Shown here in pieces: positions 1 through 8,722 of a stretch of 64,000 bases of DNA. The notes under the pieces were generated by a model. It had not been told where the DNA came from. It saw only the letters and a program-made list of their open reading frames with translations, and made no database searches. The stretch is from Acidobacteriota bacterium (GTDB taxonomy: Bacteria > Acidobacteriota > UBA6911 > RPQK01 > DATIPO01), in the NCBI GenBank assembly GCA_035471785.1, contig DATIPQ010000017.1:79115-143114 (forward strand), given 5' to 3'. The position numbers were made by a program, and so were the translations under genes. Position 1 is the stretch's first letter; every line of letters starts with the position of its first letter.

Positions 1-548
1 TCGATTCCCCCAAAGCCGGGAGGCGCCACGCCGACAACGGTCAATGTCTCGGCTCCCAATCGGATTTCGGAACCGATTACCTGCGTCTCTCTGGGAAAAT
101 GGCTGCGCCGTAAACTGTTCGCTATCACTGCCACCGGACTCTTCTCGTCAGCGGCGTCAAAAAACCGTCCCAGAAGCGGCTTGATGCCCAAGACCTCGAA
201 GTAGTTGTCAGAAACCAACGCTCCTCTTACGAGCCTCTCGCCGTCGTTGTCCGCCATTCCCAAACGAACATTCACGTAGGCGGCAACATCGGCAATATCC
301 GTGGCCGCGCTCCGCAGGTCCAGGTAGTCCGGGTGGGAAAGGGTGTTGCGGCCTAACGCAAAGAGCGCCTCATGCTCTACAGCCGGCAGAGGGTCGAGCA
401 GGAGTCCCCGCATCAACCGGATGACCGCACTCGAGGCACCGAGACCGATCGCGAGGATCAAGACCGATACGGCCGCCAACCCGGTGCGGGCGCGCAAGGC
501 GCGGAAGGCGGAGCGTCCATCGACGACCAATTCATCCCATAGCCTCAT
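1..548 (-). CDS. ABC transporter permease, FtsX/MacB family (ADOP-like), N-terminal part only. The gene continues beyond the window start.
   Basis: Reverse-strand ATG at 546-548. Translation MRLWDELVVDGRSAFRALRARTGLAAVSVLILAIGLGASSAV...RLGAETLTVVGVAPPGFGG has an N-terminal TM helix followed by a MacB-type periplasmic core motif. It has the same architecture as the complete permease at 41864..44272. There is no in-frame stop before position 1, which is why it is absent from the ORF track. Confidence 0.55.
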   Translation of the reverse strand, partial: MRLWDELVVDGRSAFRALRARTGLAAVSVLILAIGLGASSAVIRLMRGLLLDPLPAVEHEALFALGRNTLSHPDYLDLRSAATDIADVAAYVNVRLGMADNDGERLVRGALVSDNYFEVLGIKPLLGRFFDAADEKSPVAVIANSLRRSHFPRETQVIGSEIRLGAETLTVVGVAPPGFGGI

Positions 549-635
549 CGCCTGCAAAAAAACCGCCTCCTGGAAAATGACGCACGCAAGTCGTTAGGCG
601 TTCTTTCAGTTTTGATTCCTAGGGTTGTCGCCGTT

Positions 636-1112
636 CTATCGGACCAGACCGGCGGTTCCTCGGACACCGATTGAGGCGGCGCCTATCCACCTGCGGTCGT
701 CGAACTGTTCTCCATTGACAAAACAGATGTCGCCCATGCTGGCTTTGCAGGTGCCTGTTTGGGCACAGGCATTCCTAATGCCCATCCGCTTAGAATCGTT
801 TTGCACGATGGCGATGATTCTGTGATCAACCACCGCCAGTCTCGTGAGCAAGCCGAATGTATCTGGGCCGCCGTAGAGAGCAACCCGAGGCAGGATCCCG
901 ATCGGGCTCTCTTGCCGGTGGGCATCGAAGAACTCCTTGTAACGAGCCCGGGCCGTGGAAATCGAGGCCGCATCAGCAGGCTCGTGCGAATCAGCCGGAC
1001 GGGATTCTGAACAGGCTGGGCAGAGGATCGAAACCAGCGAAAGGGCGGCCACAATTCTCGGCAGTCGGAAACATGGCAATCGGAGATCCAGCACCCATGC
1101 TCGTCCTTCCAC
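636..1112 (-). CDS. Hypothetical protein, possibly the frameshifted continuation of the signal-peptide ORF 1162..1362.
   Basis: GTG-initiated ORF from the track. The in-frame upstream extension runs to a stop (TAG) at 1143-1145, only 19 nt (a different frame) from the stop of the upstream signal-peptide ORF. No recognisable domain. Confidence 0.2.
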   Translation of the reverse strand: MEGRAWVLDLRLPCFRLPRIVAALSLVSILCPACSESRPADSHEPADAASISTARARYKEFFDAHRQESPIGILPRVALYGGPDTFGLLTRLAVVDHRIIAIVQNDSKRMGIRNACAQTGTCKASMGDICFVNGEQFDDRRWIGAASIGVRGTAGLVR

Positions 1113-1161
1113 CTCGACAGAACTCCCCTCGGGTCTTGAAACCTAAACGACAGGTCTCCAA

Positions 1162-1362
1162 CTACATCACTGAATGGACGGTCAGGCCGATGCTGTGGAC
1201 TTTCCACAAGCCGTCTTGACGCGCAACGGTACCGAAGAGAGCTCTCTTCTCCGCATCAGGCTTGATCGAAAACGCCAGCGTCTTAGAATCCTGCGCCAAA
1301 GCCGGCGCGGCAACCAGCATGAAGAGGACTATCCACAGACCTGATTTGAGTACTCGTGCCAC
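1162..1362 (-). CDS. Small ORF encoding a signal peptide plus about 40 aa. Possible 5' fragment of a disrupted secreted-protein gene.
   Basis: MARVLKSGLWIVLFMLVAAPALAQD is a canonical Sec signal peptide. The ORF ends at 1162, 50 nt before the next ORF in another frame. Confidence 0.2.
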   Translation of the reverse strand: MARVLKSGLWIVLFMLVAAPALAQDSKTLAFSIKPDAEKRALFGTVARQDGLWKVHSIGLTVHSVM

Positions 1363-1588
1363 GGCTGCCTATAAGTATAACGGTTTTTCGTGGATGGCTA
1401 TTGGAAAAGCGATGGACTTCTACGTGGATCGGAGGTCCCTTGTGCGGGCTTCCACCTCATAGAGAGACGCCGCTTCTTGGTCGAGCAGTCACGCAGATAT
1501 GAATTGATCAAGGTTTGATATGGAATGCCAAGCTCCTCTGACACGGGTGGAAGCGGGACCGGCAGAAGGCCGACGATATAATGGGGGC

Positions 1589-3403
1589 ATGTCGGACGAG
1601 GCGCTGCGGGCCAAGTTGGAGAATCTTCCCGAGACGCCCGGAGTGTATCTGCTCAAGGACGCCAAGGGGAAGGTCATCTACATCGGCAAGGCCAAGGTGC
1701 TGCGCAACCGGGTGCGGGCCTACTTCCAGGCGGCGCGGGCGATTGATCACAAGACCGAGGTGCTCAAGTCTCATGTCGCCGATCTCGACTACGTGGAAAC
1801 CGACTCCGAGGTCGAGGCGCTGCTGCTGGAGAGCCAGTTGGTCAAGAAGCGCCAGCCCGCCTTCAACGTCCGTCTCAAGGACGACAAGGCCTTCCTGCAC
1901 ATCAAGCTGACCACCAACGAAGAGTTTCCGCGGGTGCTGCTGACGCGGCGCATCAAGAAAGACGGAGGCCGCTATTTCGGTCCCTACCTGCCGGCCTCGC
2001 TGGCCCGCAATACCGTCAAGATCATCAACCGCCACTTTCTGTTGCGCACCTGCTCCATCGATATCGACGGCAACCTCGACCGTCCCTGCCTGGAATACCA
2101 CATCAAGCGCTGCCTGGGACCCTGCGTTTCAGGACTGTGCGGCAAAGAGGAATACCTGCAAGCGGTGCGCGACGTCATCCTCTTTCTCGACGGCAAGACT
2201 GAAGAGCTGGAAGCGAAGATCGAAAAGCGCATGATGGAGGCCGCCGACAAGCAGCACTTCGAAGCCGCCGCCTTCTACCGCGACCGCCTCAAGATGATCC
2301 GCGACCTGGGACAGCGCCAGAAGATGGTGCTGTCGGGAGTCGACGACGTGGACGTCTTCGCCTATTACCGCGAGGGTCCCCGCTGCGCCTTGCAGTTGTT
2401 CACCCTGCGCGGGGGCAAGATCGTGGGCAAGCGCGAGTTCTTCTGGGAGGACCTCCAGTTCTTCAAGCCCACCGAGTTCCTGCGCGACGCCTTGCAGCAG
2501 TACTACTACAACGCCGGATTCGTCCCCCGCGAGATTCACCTGCCCGTCAAGATCGAAGACCAGGCCTTGATGCTGCAATGGCTGACCGCCAAGCACCAGG
2601 AAAAGGGCAACCGCAGCAAGGTGCGCATCGTGGTTCCCAAAAAGGGCGAGAAGCACGATTTGCTGCTGCTGGTGGAACGCAACGCCAAGATCGCCTTCGA
2701 GACCCGCTTCCGCATCCTCAAGTCGCGCAAGCTCGAAGTGCTCGAATATCTGCAGGAGGCCCTCAGCCTGCCCCGTCTGCCCCAGCACATCGAGGGCTTC
2801 GACATTTCCACCATCCACGGCACCGAGAACGTAGCCTCGCTGGTGGTTTGCCGCGACGGCATCATGCAGCGCAAAGACTACCGCAAGTTCAAGATCCGCA
2901 GCGTCAAGGGGCAGGCCGACGATTTCAGGGCCATGTTCGAAGTGGTGCGCCGCCGCTACAAGAGGCTTCAGGACGAGGAGGCGTCCTTGCCCGACCTGAT
3001 CCTCATCGACGGCGGCAAAGGCCAGTTGCACTCGGCTTATCAGGCGCTGGCCGAGCTGGGCATCGAGGACCTTCCTCTAGCCAGCATCGCCAAGAAAGAA
3101 GAGCATCTCTTCGTACAGGGTCAGGCCGAGCCGGTAGTGCTCGACCACACTTCGCCGGTCCTGCATCTGGTTCAGGAGATCCGCGACGAGGCCCATCGAT
3201 TCGCGGTTACTTTTCACCGCAAGCGCCGTTCCATGCGCGACTTCGCTTCAGCACTCGACTCGGTCCCCGGGGTAGGCGCCAAGCGACGCAAGCGCCTGCT
3301 GCAAAACTTCGGTTCCCTGGCCCGCATCCGCCGCGCCAGCGTAGAAGAACTCACCCCCTTCGTAGGCAAGAAGGTAGCCGAAGCCATCAAACAGCATCTC
3401 TAG
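1589..3403 (+). CDS. uvrC: Excinuclease ABC subunit C (UvrC).
   Basis: N-terminal GIY-YIG motif (PGVYLLKDAKGKVIYIGKAKVLRNRVRAYF), a central UvrC domain, and a C-terminal RNase H-like plus HhH region (GVGAKRRKRLLQNFGSLARIRRAS). The track ORF starts upstream at 1520. The ATG at 1589 (MSDEALRAKLENLP) fits the family N-terminus. Confidence 0.9.
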   Translation: MSDEALRAKLENLPETPGVYLLKDAKGKVIYIGKAKVLRNRVRAYFQAARAIDHKTEVLKSHVADLDYVETDSEVEALLLESQLVKKRQPAFNVRLKDDKAFLHIKLTTNEEFPRVLLTRRIKKDGGRYFGPYLPASLARNTVKIINRHFLLRTCSIDIDGNLDRPCLEYHIKRCLGPCVSGLCGKEEYLQAVRDVILFLDGKTEELEAKIEKRMMEAADKQHFEAAAFYRDRLKMIRDLGQRQKMVLSGVDDVDVFAYYREGPRCALQLFTLRGGKIVGKREFFWEDLQFFKPTEFLRDALQQYYYNAGFVPREIHLPVKIEDQALMLQWLTAKHQEKGNRSKVRIVVPKKGEKHDLLLLVERNAKIAFETRFRILKSRKLEVLEYLQEALSLPRLPQHIEGFDISTIHGTENVASLVVCRDGIMQRKDYRKFKIRSVKGQADDFRAMFEVVRRRYKRLQDEEASLPDLILIDGGKGQLHSAYQALAELGIEDLPLASIAKKEEHLFVQGQAEPVVLDHTSPVLHLVQEIRDEAHRFAVTFHRKRRSMRDFASALDSVPGVGAKRRKRLLQNFGSLARIRRASVEELTPFVGKKVAEAIKQHL

Positions 3404-3452
3404 GCTGCGCAACTTCCAATGTCCAAGAACCAGGTCAGGCCGCCGAACCGTC

Positions 3453-3804
3453 CCCAGGTCGGGTGGGAGGCGCATCCTTGCGGCGATCCAGGCAGTGTCC
3501 CAACACGCCCAGATGGGGCAGGTCGCCGGGCCGTCCCCGGCCAGGTGGGAGGCGCATCCAAAGCGTTGAGGACTGGAGGCTGGGAGATTGTTCTTTTGAC
3601 CGCCCTCGAAGGCCTGCGCCAGCTCGTCCCAGATGAACATTACCTCCATCGCCGCAAGGATGCGCCTCCCACCAGGCGAGTAGCATAGGAGACTGCAACT
3701 GAAGCAGGCACATCCGTGCGAGCCTGGCAACGCTTCAACGCGGCCAGATGGATAGGCCGCCGGGCGGTGTCCGGGCCGGGTGGCAGGCGCATCCTTGTAT
3801 GAGG
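3453..3804. repeat. Intergenic repeat cluster: four copies of a ~25-nt motif (core GGTGGGAGGCGCATCC). Copies 1 and 3 form a perfect 23-bp inverted repeat.
   Basis: Copy 1 is 3453-3489, copy 2 is 3534-3564, copy 3 (inverted) is 3648-3678, and copy 4 is 3771-3804. gtgggaggcgcatccttgcggcg (3463-3485) is the exact reverse complement of cgccgcaaggatgcgcctcccac (3652-3674). The overlapping track ORFs 3419..3688 and 3435..3713 simply translate the repeats. Confidence 0.6.
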
Positions 3805-3811
3805 TCGCTCG

Positions 3812-4375
3812 CTACGGCTGAGCTGCCAAAAGGCTGAGCATCTCTTCCAGTTGCAGGATGTGGCGGCGCAGGTGTTGGGCGTTGAAGAGCAGCCACTGGT
3901 GGCCGTTGAGCTTGCCGATGGCGGGCAAGGGGTGGACGCGGGTGTGCTGCTTGAAAGGACGCTCCGTCTCCTGGGCCAGGGCCAGGGTGCGGGCTCGGAC
4001 TTCTTCGAAGAGGCGGACAGCCTCCTGGCGCTGCAAGCCTTCCTCGCGGGGGCGCACGTGGGGAGGCGCTTCAGCCTTGCGGCGGCGGGCCGGCAGCAGG
4101 CGGATGATCAGCTCTTCCTTGCCCAGGGTCTCCTGCCACTGCGGATCGGCCTCCCTCTGCAAAGATCTCAGCAACCCCTCCAATACCGCAGTCTCGGCCA
4201 ACACCACATGCTGGGCCAATTGGGCCGGCGTCCAGGAACCTTCCCGGGGACAGCGGTTCCAGTCTTCCTCAGCCACCTGCTGCAAGGCTTTGAGGAAGTC
4301 CTGCCGAGTTTCCTGCAGCAAAGTCATGACCTGCTGATGTTCCTGGGAGCTCATGCGGGGTGAAGGCGTGCTCAT
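3812..4375 (-). CDS. DinB/YfiT-like (DinB_2 superfamily) metal-dependent protein.
   Basis: 187 aa with a four-helix-bundle-like composition. The His-containing segments AQLAQHVVLAE and HLRRHILQLEE are typical of the DinB_2 His triad. Assigned by family resemblance only. Confidence 0.4.
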   Translation of the reverse strand: MSTPSPRMSSQEHQQVMTLLQETRQDFLKALQQVAEEDWNRCPREGSWTPAQLAQHVVLAETAVLEGLLRSLQREADPQWQETLGKEELIIRLLPARRRKAEAPPHVRPREEGLQRQEAVRLFEEVRARTLALAQETERPFKQHTRVHPLPAIGKLNGHQWLLFNAQHLRRHILQLEEMLSLLAAQP

Positions 4376-4481
4376 GACGGTGAATATACAACAAAATCTC
4401 GTCTTGAATAATCGGCGGCCCCTTGCGTAGTCGTTCGCGTAGACCAGGTGCTTGCGATAGACTGAAAAGCGCTGCCGAGTT

Positions 4482-5021
4482 ATGGGACTTTTCGATTTCC
4501 TGAAAAAGAAGAAAGAGCCCGAGGGCCTCGATCCCCTTCATGATCTGAGCCTCGAAAAGATGCAGCCCGGCTACATCGTCGACTACGACATGCGCAGTTG
4601 GAAGGTGACGGCCCGCCACCGCTACGACTTCGACGGTGACACCACTCTGGAGTGGGAGCTGCAGGACGGCGACGAGACCTGGTTTCTGGAACGCGAAGTC
4701 GACGACGAAGCCTACTGGTCGCTGTCGCGCAAGATCCCCCTGGCGGCCATCGACGGCGACGTCCGCAAAACCATCATCGAGCAGGACGACCCGCCCGAGT
4801 GCATCACCTGCAAGGGCCGCACCTATTACCTGGAAGAGTCGGGCGCGGGATATTTCTTCAAGAACGAACAAGGCTCTGGAGAGGGATTCGTCTACTGGTC
4901 TTTTGCCGACGAGAGCGAGAAGCACTACCTGACCATCGAGCAGTGGGGCGAAACCGATTTCGAGGCCTCCGAGGGACATCCGGTGGAAGAGTACCAATTC
5001 ACCAACGTCCTGCCCGGCTGA
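4482..5021 (+). CDS. DUF4178 domain protein.
   Basis: ATG at 4482. The acidic 179-aa protein (DYDMRSWKVTARHRYDFDGDTTLEWELQDGDETWFLEREVDDEAYWSL) resembles the DUF4178 family that co-occurs with PspA, DUF350 and SpeE-like genes. Confidence 0.5.
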   Translation: MGLFDFLKKKKEPEGLDPLHDLSLEKMQPGYIVDYDMRSWKVTARHRYDFDGDTTLEWELQDGDETWFLEREVDDEAYWSLSRKIPLAAIDGDVRKTIIEQDDPPECITCKGRTYYLEESGAGYFFKNEQGSGEGFVYWSFADESEKHYLTIEQWGETDFEASEGHPVEEYQFTNVLPG

Positions 5022-5058
5022 TCCGGGTGCGAATGCGAAGAAGCAGAGGCGCTGTCTT

Positions 5059-5769
5059 ATGAGCAAACGAACCATTCCGGCAATCCTGATCATCCTGGTT
5101 TCGCTGGCCACCTCCTCCTGCCGGCGCGACCCTCTCGACGGTCTTCAGGACCAGCTCAGGGAATACCCGCGATACTCCATCGTCCTGGAAGACATGGACC
5201 GGGAAGGCAACTTCTTCACCGACTACTACCACAAGTACAAGTTGGTGTGGCAGGAGCCCGGAGAGGACGGGCAACTGCGCAGCCGCGAGACCGACTGGGA
5301 GCGGGTCGACAAGAGCACCTTCCGCCGCTATGAAGATTGCCTGGGCATGGCGCTGCGCTCCAAGGGCGGGCAGGGCGACGTGTCTCAGGACTGCTATCCG
5401 GCCGGATTTCAGTACTTAGGCGACCGCCGCTATGGAAGATGGCGGACCGACAGCCGCGGCAACACCTTCTGGGAATTCGCCGGCAAGTACGCCGTGGCAA
5501 GGGCCATCTTCAACTGGGGCGACCGAAACATCGGCCGCGGCGAATGGGACAGCTACCGCACCGCCCGCCAGAACAGCCGTCCCTACTTCGGCAACGGGAC
5601 CTACGGCACCAGCGGCACTCACACCCGGAAGATGCGCCCCAACTTCTTTCAGCGGCGTCAGGCCCGCGAGGCGGCCCGAAAAGCCAGCTTCGGCCAGAAA
5701 GTCCGTTCCCGCGCAGGACGCAGCCGCAGCAGCGGAGCCCGGTCCCGCGGATTCAGCTCCGGCAAGTAG
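5059..5769 (+). CDS. Hypothetical lipoprotein with a basic Arg/Ser-rich C-terminal tail.
   Basis: ATG at 5059. Lipobox LATSSC after a signal peptide (MSKRTIPAILIILVSLATSSC). Trp/Tyr/Arg-rich body and a C-terminal RSRAGRSRSSGARSRGFSSGK tail. Confidence 0.45.
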   Translation: MSKRTIPAILIILVSLATSSCRRDPLDGLQDQLREYPRYSIVLEDMDREGNFFTDYYHKYKLVWQEPGEDGQLRSRETDWERVDKSTFRRYEDCLGMALRSKGGQGDVSQDCYPAGFQYLGDRRYGRWRTDSRGNTFWEFAGKYAVARAIFNWGDRNIGRGEWDSYRTARQNSRPYFGNGTYGTSGTHTRKMRPNFFQRRQAREAARKASFGQKVRSRAGRSRSSGARSRGFSSGK

Positions 5770-5797
5770 CGGCAAAGAGCCGGAAAGGAAGCTCGCC

Positions 5798-6646
5798 ATG
5801 ACCCTCGATCAAGTCCTGAGCGGACTCGTCTACCTCGTTTCGGTCCTCATCCTCTTTCTCATCGGACGCTTCGTCTTCGACAAGATCCTGCACCGCAGCT
5901 TCTCACTGCGCCACGAACTGCTGGAGAAAGACAACGTAGCTCTGGCGCTGGCCGTCTCCGGGTACTACTTCGGACTCGTCATAGCGCTGGGAGGCGTCCT
6001 CTTCGGGCCCTCCAGCGGACTGGTCAATGACCTCATCGACATTTTCGTCTACGGCCTGCTCTCCATCGTCCTCCTCAACTTCTCCATCTGGGTCAACGAC
6101 CGCATCCTTCTCTCCAGCTTTTCCAACGAGAAGGAGATCATTCAAGACCGGAACGCCGGCATGGGCGCGGTGGAGGCGGGCAACCACGTCGCCGTGGGAC
6201 TCATCGTGGCAGGGGCCATTTCAGGGCAGGGCGGCGGCATCGGCACCGCGCTGGCTTTCTGGATCATCGCCCAAGCCGTGCTCATCGTGGGAGCCCGCAT
6301 CTACGACTGGATCACCCCCTACTCGCTGCACGACGAAATCGAGAAAGACAACGTGGCCGTGGGCGTGGCCTTCGCCGGAGTGCTGGTCGCCCTCGGCAAC
6401 ATCGTGGGGGCCGGAATCTACGGCGACTTCTACTCCTGGACCGAGAATCTGACGGTGTTGGGCCAATTCGTCCTCTTCGGCTTCATCCTGCTGCCCGTGG
6501 TGCGCTGGGTGACCGACAAAGTGCTGCTGCCGGGGGCCAGCCTCACCGACGAGCTGGTCAATCAGGAACATCCCAACCTGGGAGCGGGCATCATCGAAGC
6601 CTTTTCCTACATCGCCGCCTCTTTTCTGATCGGCTGGATCGTGTAA
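5798..6646 (+). CDS. Membrane protein with two tandem DUF350 (YjfL-like) domains.
   Basis: ATG at 5798, in frame within the longer track ORF 5432..6646. Two copies of the DUF350 signature: LRHELLEKDNVALALAVSGYYFGLVIALGGV and LHDEIEKDNVAVGVAFAGVLVALGNIVGAG, each followed by TM helices. Confidence 0.6.
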   Translation: MTLDQVLSGLVYLVSVLILFLIGRFVFDKILHRSFSLRHELLEKDNVALALAVSGYYFGLVIALGGVLFGPSSGLVNDLIDIFVYGLLSIVLLNFSIWVNDRILLSSFSNEKEIIQDRNAGMGAVEAGNHVAVGLIVAGAISGQGGGIGTALAFWIIAQAVLIVGARIYDWITPYSLHDEIEKDNVAVGVAFAGVLVALGNIVGAGIYGDFYSWTENLTVLGQFVLFGFILLPVVRWVTDKVLLPGASLTDELVNQEHPNLGAGIIEAFSYIAASFLIGWIV

Positions 6647-6659
6647 GTCCTCTACGTCA

Positions 6660-8198
6660 ATGGCCGCGCGAAACCAACTGCTGAAAGCCTGCATTTTCGC
6701 CACCGGACTGGCGGGCATCGTGGCCGAGTACGTGATGGCTACCCTGGCCAGCTACCTGATGGGCGACTCGGTACGCCAGTGGACGCTCACCGTCTCCCTC
6801 ATGCTCTTCGCCATGGGGGTGGGAAGCCGCCTCAGCCGCCGCTTCCGCCGCCGCCTGCTGGACGCCTTCGTGGCCGTGGAACTGCTGCTCTCGCTGCTCT
6901 GCGCCTCGGCCGCCCTGCTCACCTACACCTTGGCCGTGTGGATCGAGCCCGTCAGCATGGTGGTCTACCCGCTGGCCTTCGCCATCGGACTCCTCATCGG
7001 ACTGGAAATGCCGCTGGCTACCCGCCTCAACGACTACTACGAGGAATTGCGCATCAACATCTCCTCGGTTATGGAGAAGGACTACTACGGCGCCCTCCTG
7101 GGCGGACTCCTCTTCGCCTTCCTGGCCCTGCCTTACCTGGGACTGACCTACACGCCCATACTGCTGGGGACGGTCAACTTCGCCGTGGCGGCGGCGCTCT
7201 TCTGGCAGTTCCGCTCCCAACTGGCCCGCCCCCGCTTTTTCACCCTCGCTTTCGCCGCCCTTACCCTGTTGCTGGCCGCCTTGCTCTTGCTGGCCCGGCC
7301 CATCGTCCTCTACGCGGAACAGAGCCGATACCGCGACCTGGTCGTCTACCAGGAGCAAACGCCCTACCAGAAGATCGTCATCACCCGCTGGAAGAACCAC
7401 CACTGGCTCTATCTCAATGGAGCCGAGCAGTTCAGCAGCTATGACGAAGAGCGATACCACGAACCTCTGGTGCATCCGGCCATGAAAGCCGCTGCCGCCC
7501 GTCATCAGGTGTTGATTCTGGGCGGCGGCGACGGACTGGCCCTGCGCGAAGTCCTCAAGCATCCCGAGGTGGAGGCGGTGGACCTGGTCGACCTCGATCC
7601 GGCCATGACACGGCTGGGCCGCAATCATCCGGTTCTGCTGCAACTCAATCAGGAGGCATTTGAAGATGAGCGGGTGACGGTCGTCAACCAGGACGCCTAC
7701 GCTTTTCTCGACGAAAGCTCGCAGATTTACGACGTCATCATCGTCGATTTGCCCGACCCCAAGTCGGTGGAACTGGCCCGCCTCTACAGCCTCGAGTTCT
7801 ACAGCTTGGCCTCGCGTCAGTTGGCTCAGGGAGGCGTTCTGGTGACTCAAGCCACCAGTCCGCTCTTCGCCCGCCGCGCCTTTTTGTGCATTTACAAGAC
7901 CATGGGCGAGGCCGGACTCTCCACCGCCGCCATGCACAACCACGTCCCCACCATGGGAGAGTGGGGCTGGGTAGTGGGAATCAAGGGACCGCCGCTGAGC
8001 AGCGAGCAGGTGAGGGAGCGCTTGCTGGAGCTGGATTTCCAGGACTTGTCCACGCGCTACCTCGACCGCGACGCCCTCCACACGCTACTCTATTTCGGCA
8101 AGGACACCTTCCGCGACCTGGAGGCAATCGAGGTCAACCGCCAGATGTCCTTACGCTTGCAACGCTACTATCAGGGGGGCGATTGGGACCTCTATTGA
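6660..8198 (+). CDS. Polyamine aminopropyltransferase (spermidine synthase-like) fused to an N-terminal multi-TM domain.
   Basis: N-terminal ~220 aa form about six hydrophobic helices. The C-terminal part has spermidine-synthase motifs: VLILGGGDGLALREVLKHPEVEAVDLVDLDPAM and YDVIIVDLPDP (AdoMet/dcAdoMet-binding fold). Confidence 0.75.
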   Translation: MAARNQLLKACIFATGLAGIVAEYVMATLASYLMGDSVRQWTLTVSLMLFAMGVGSRLSRRFRRRLLDAFVAVELLLSLLCASAALLTYTLAVWIEPVSMVVYPLAFAIGLLIGLEMPLATRLNDYYEELRINISSVMEKDYYGALLGGLLFAFLALPYLGLTYTPILLGTVNFAVAAALFWQFRSQLARPRFFTLAFAALTLLLAALLLLARPIVLYAEQSRYRDLVVYQEQTPYQKIVITRWKNHHWLYLNGAEQFSSYDEERYHEPLVHPAMKAAAARHQVLILGGGDGLALREVLKHPEVEAVDLVDLDPAMTRLGRNHPVLLQLNQEAFEDERVTVVNQDAYAFLDESSQIYDVIIVDLPDPKSVELARLYSLEFYSLASRQLAQGGVLVTQATSPLFARRAFLCIYKTMGEAGLSTAAMHNHVPTMGEWGWVVGIKGPPLSSEQVRERLLELDFQDLSTRYLDRDALHTLLYFGKDTFRDLEAIEVNRQMSLRLQRYYQGGDWDLY

Positions 8199-8287
8199 GT
8201 TCCAGGTCCCTTTTCGAACGAGGCTTTGAATATGTCAGACAAGGCTGCGTACTAGGCAGTGTCAACTGAACATGGAGGCGAGATTCG

Positions 8288-8686
8288 ATGTCCGACAACA
8301 TGGACTTGGTAAGAAATTACGTGCTCGATATGGACCTGGATGTCGTCCACGAGGACGAAAACGAAGAAGTCATCGTGGTGCGGGACGACGACAACGGCAT
8401 CCACAACCTGATTCTCGACTGCGAACCCCCCATCGTCATCTTGGAGCAGTTCATCATGCCGGTGCCGTCCCAGCCGGGCGATCTTTTCGAGCGCCTTCTC
8501 AAAATGAACAGCACCTTGGTGCACGGAGCCTTCGTGCTCGATGATGACGGCAAGAGGGTTTACTTTCGCGACACCTTGCAGTTGGAGAATTTGGACCACA
8601 ACGAGCTGGAGGCTTCCATCAGCGCTCTTTCGCTGGCCATGGCCGAGCATGCCGACGAACTCTTGCGTTACGCCAAATCGAACTAA
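8288..8686 (+). CDS. YbjN/YjfI-like (DUF2170-type) small acidic protein.
   Basis: ATG at 8288 preceded by GGAGG. 132 aa, acidic, with a two-lobed pattern (NLILDCEPPIVILEQFIM ... GAFVLDDDGKRVYFRDTLQLENLD) typical of the YbjN/T3SS-chaperone-like fold. Sits immediately upstream of a PspA homologue, as yjfI-yjfJ do in E. coli. Confidence 0.45.
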   Translation: MSDNMDLVRNYVLDMDLDVVHEDENEEVIVVRDDDNGIHNLILDCEPPIVILEQFIMPVPSQPGDLFERLLKMNSTLVHGAFVLDDDGKRVYFRDTLQLENLDHNELEASISALSLAMAEHADELLRYAKSN

Positions 8687-8722
8687 GCTGTCAGCCCCAG
8701 CCAGGATCATTAGGAGACCAAC

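Noticed and set aside
1984-3636. Long ORFs antisense or out of frame to uvrC (2129..3031 -, 2578..3636 +, 1508..2101 -).
   Set aside because: Ala/Arg/Gly/Pro-rich low-complexity translations typical of shadow frames in high-GC DNA. They fully overlap a confidently assigned gene.
3419-3713. ORFs 3419..3688 (+) and 3435..3713 (-).
   Set aside because: They translate the intergenic repeat copies (the same peptide fragments recur). No start or RBS context.
6657-8081. 474-aa antisense ORF opposite the SpeE-like gene. Similar antisense ORFs lie at 12585..13748, 19488..20978, 20918..22390, 26420..28024, 34580..35872, 38071..39570, 42005..43300 and 60729..61922.
   Set aside because: Each lies opposite a gene with clear family motifs. 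The compositions are Gly/Ala/Arg/Pro-rich with no domain signatures. These are GC-driven open shadow frames.
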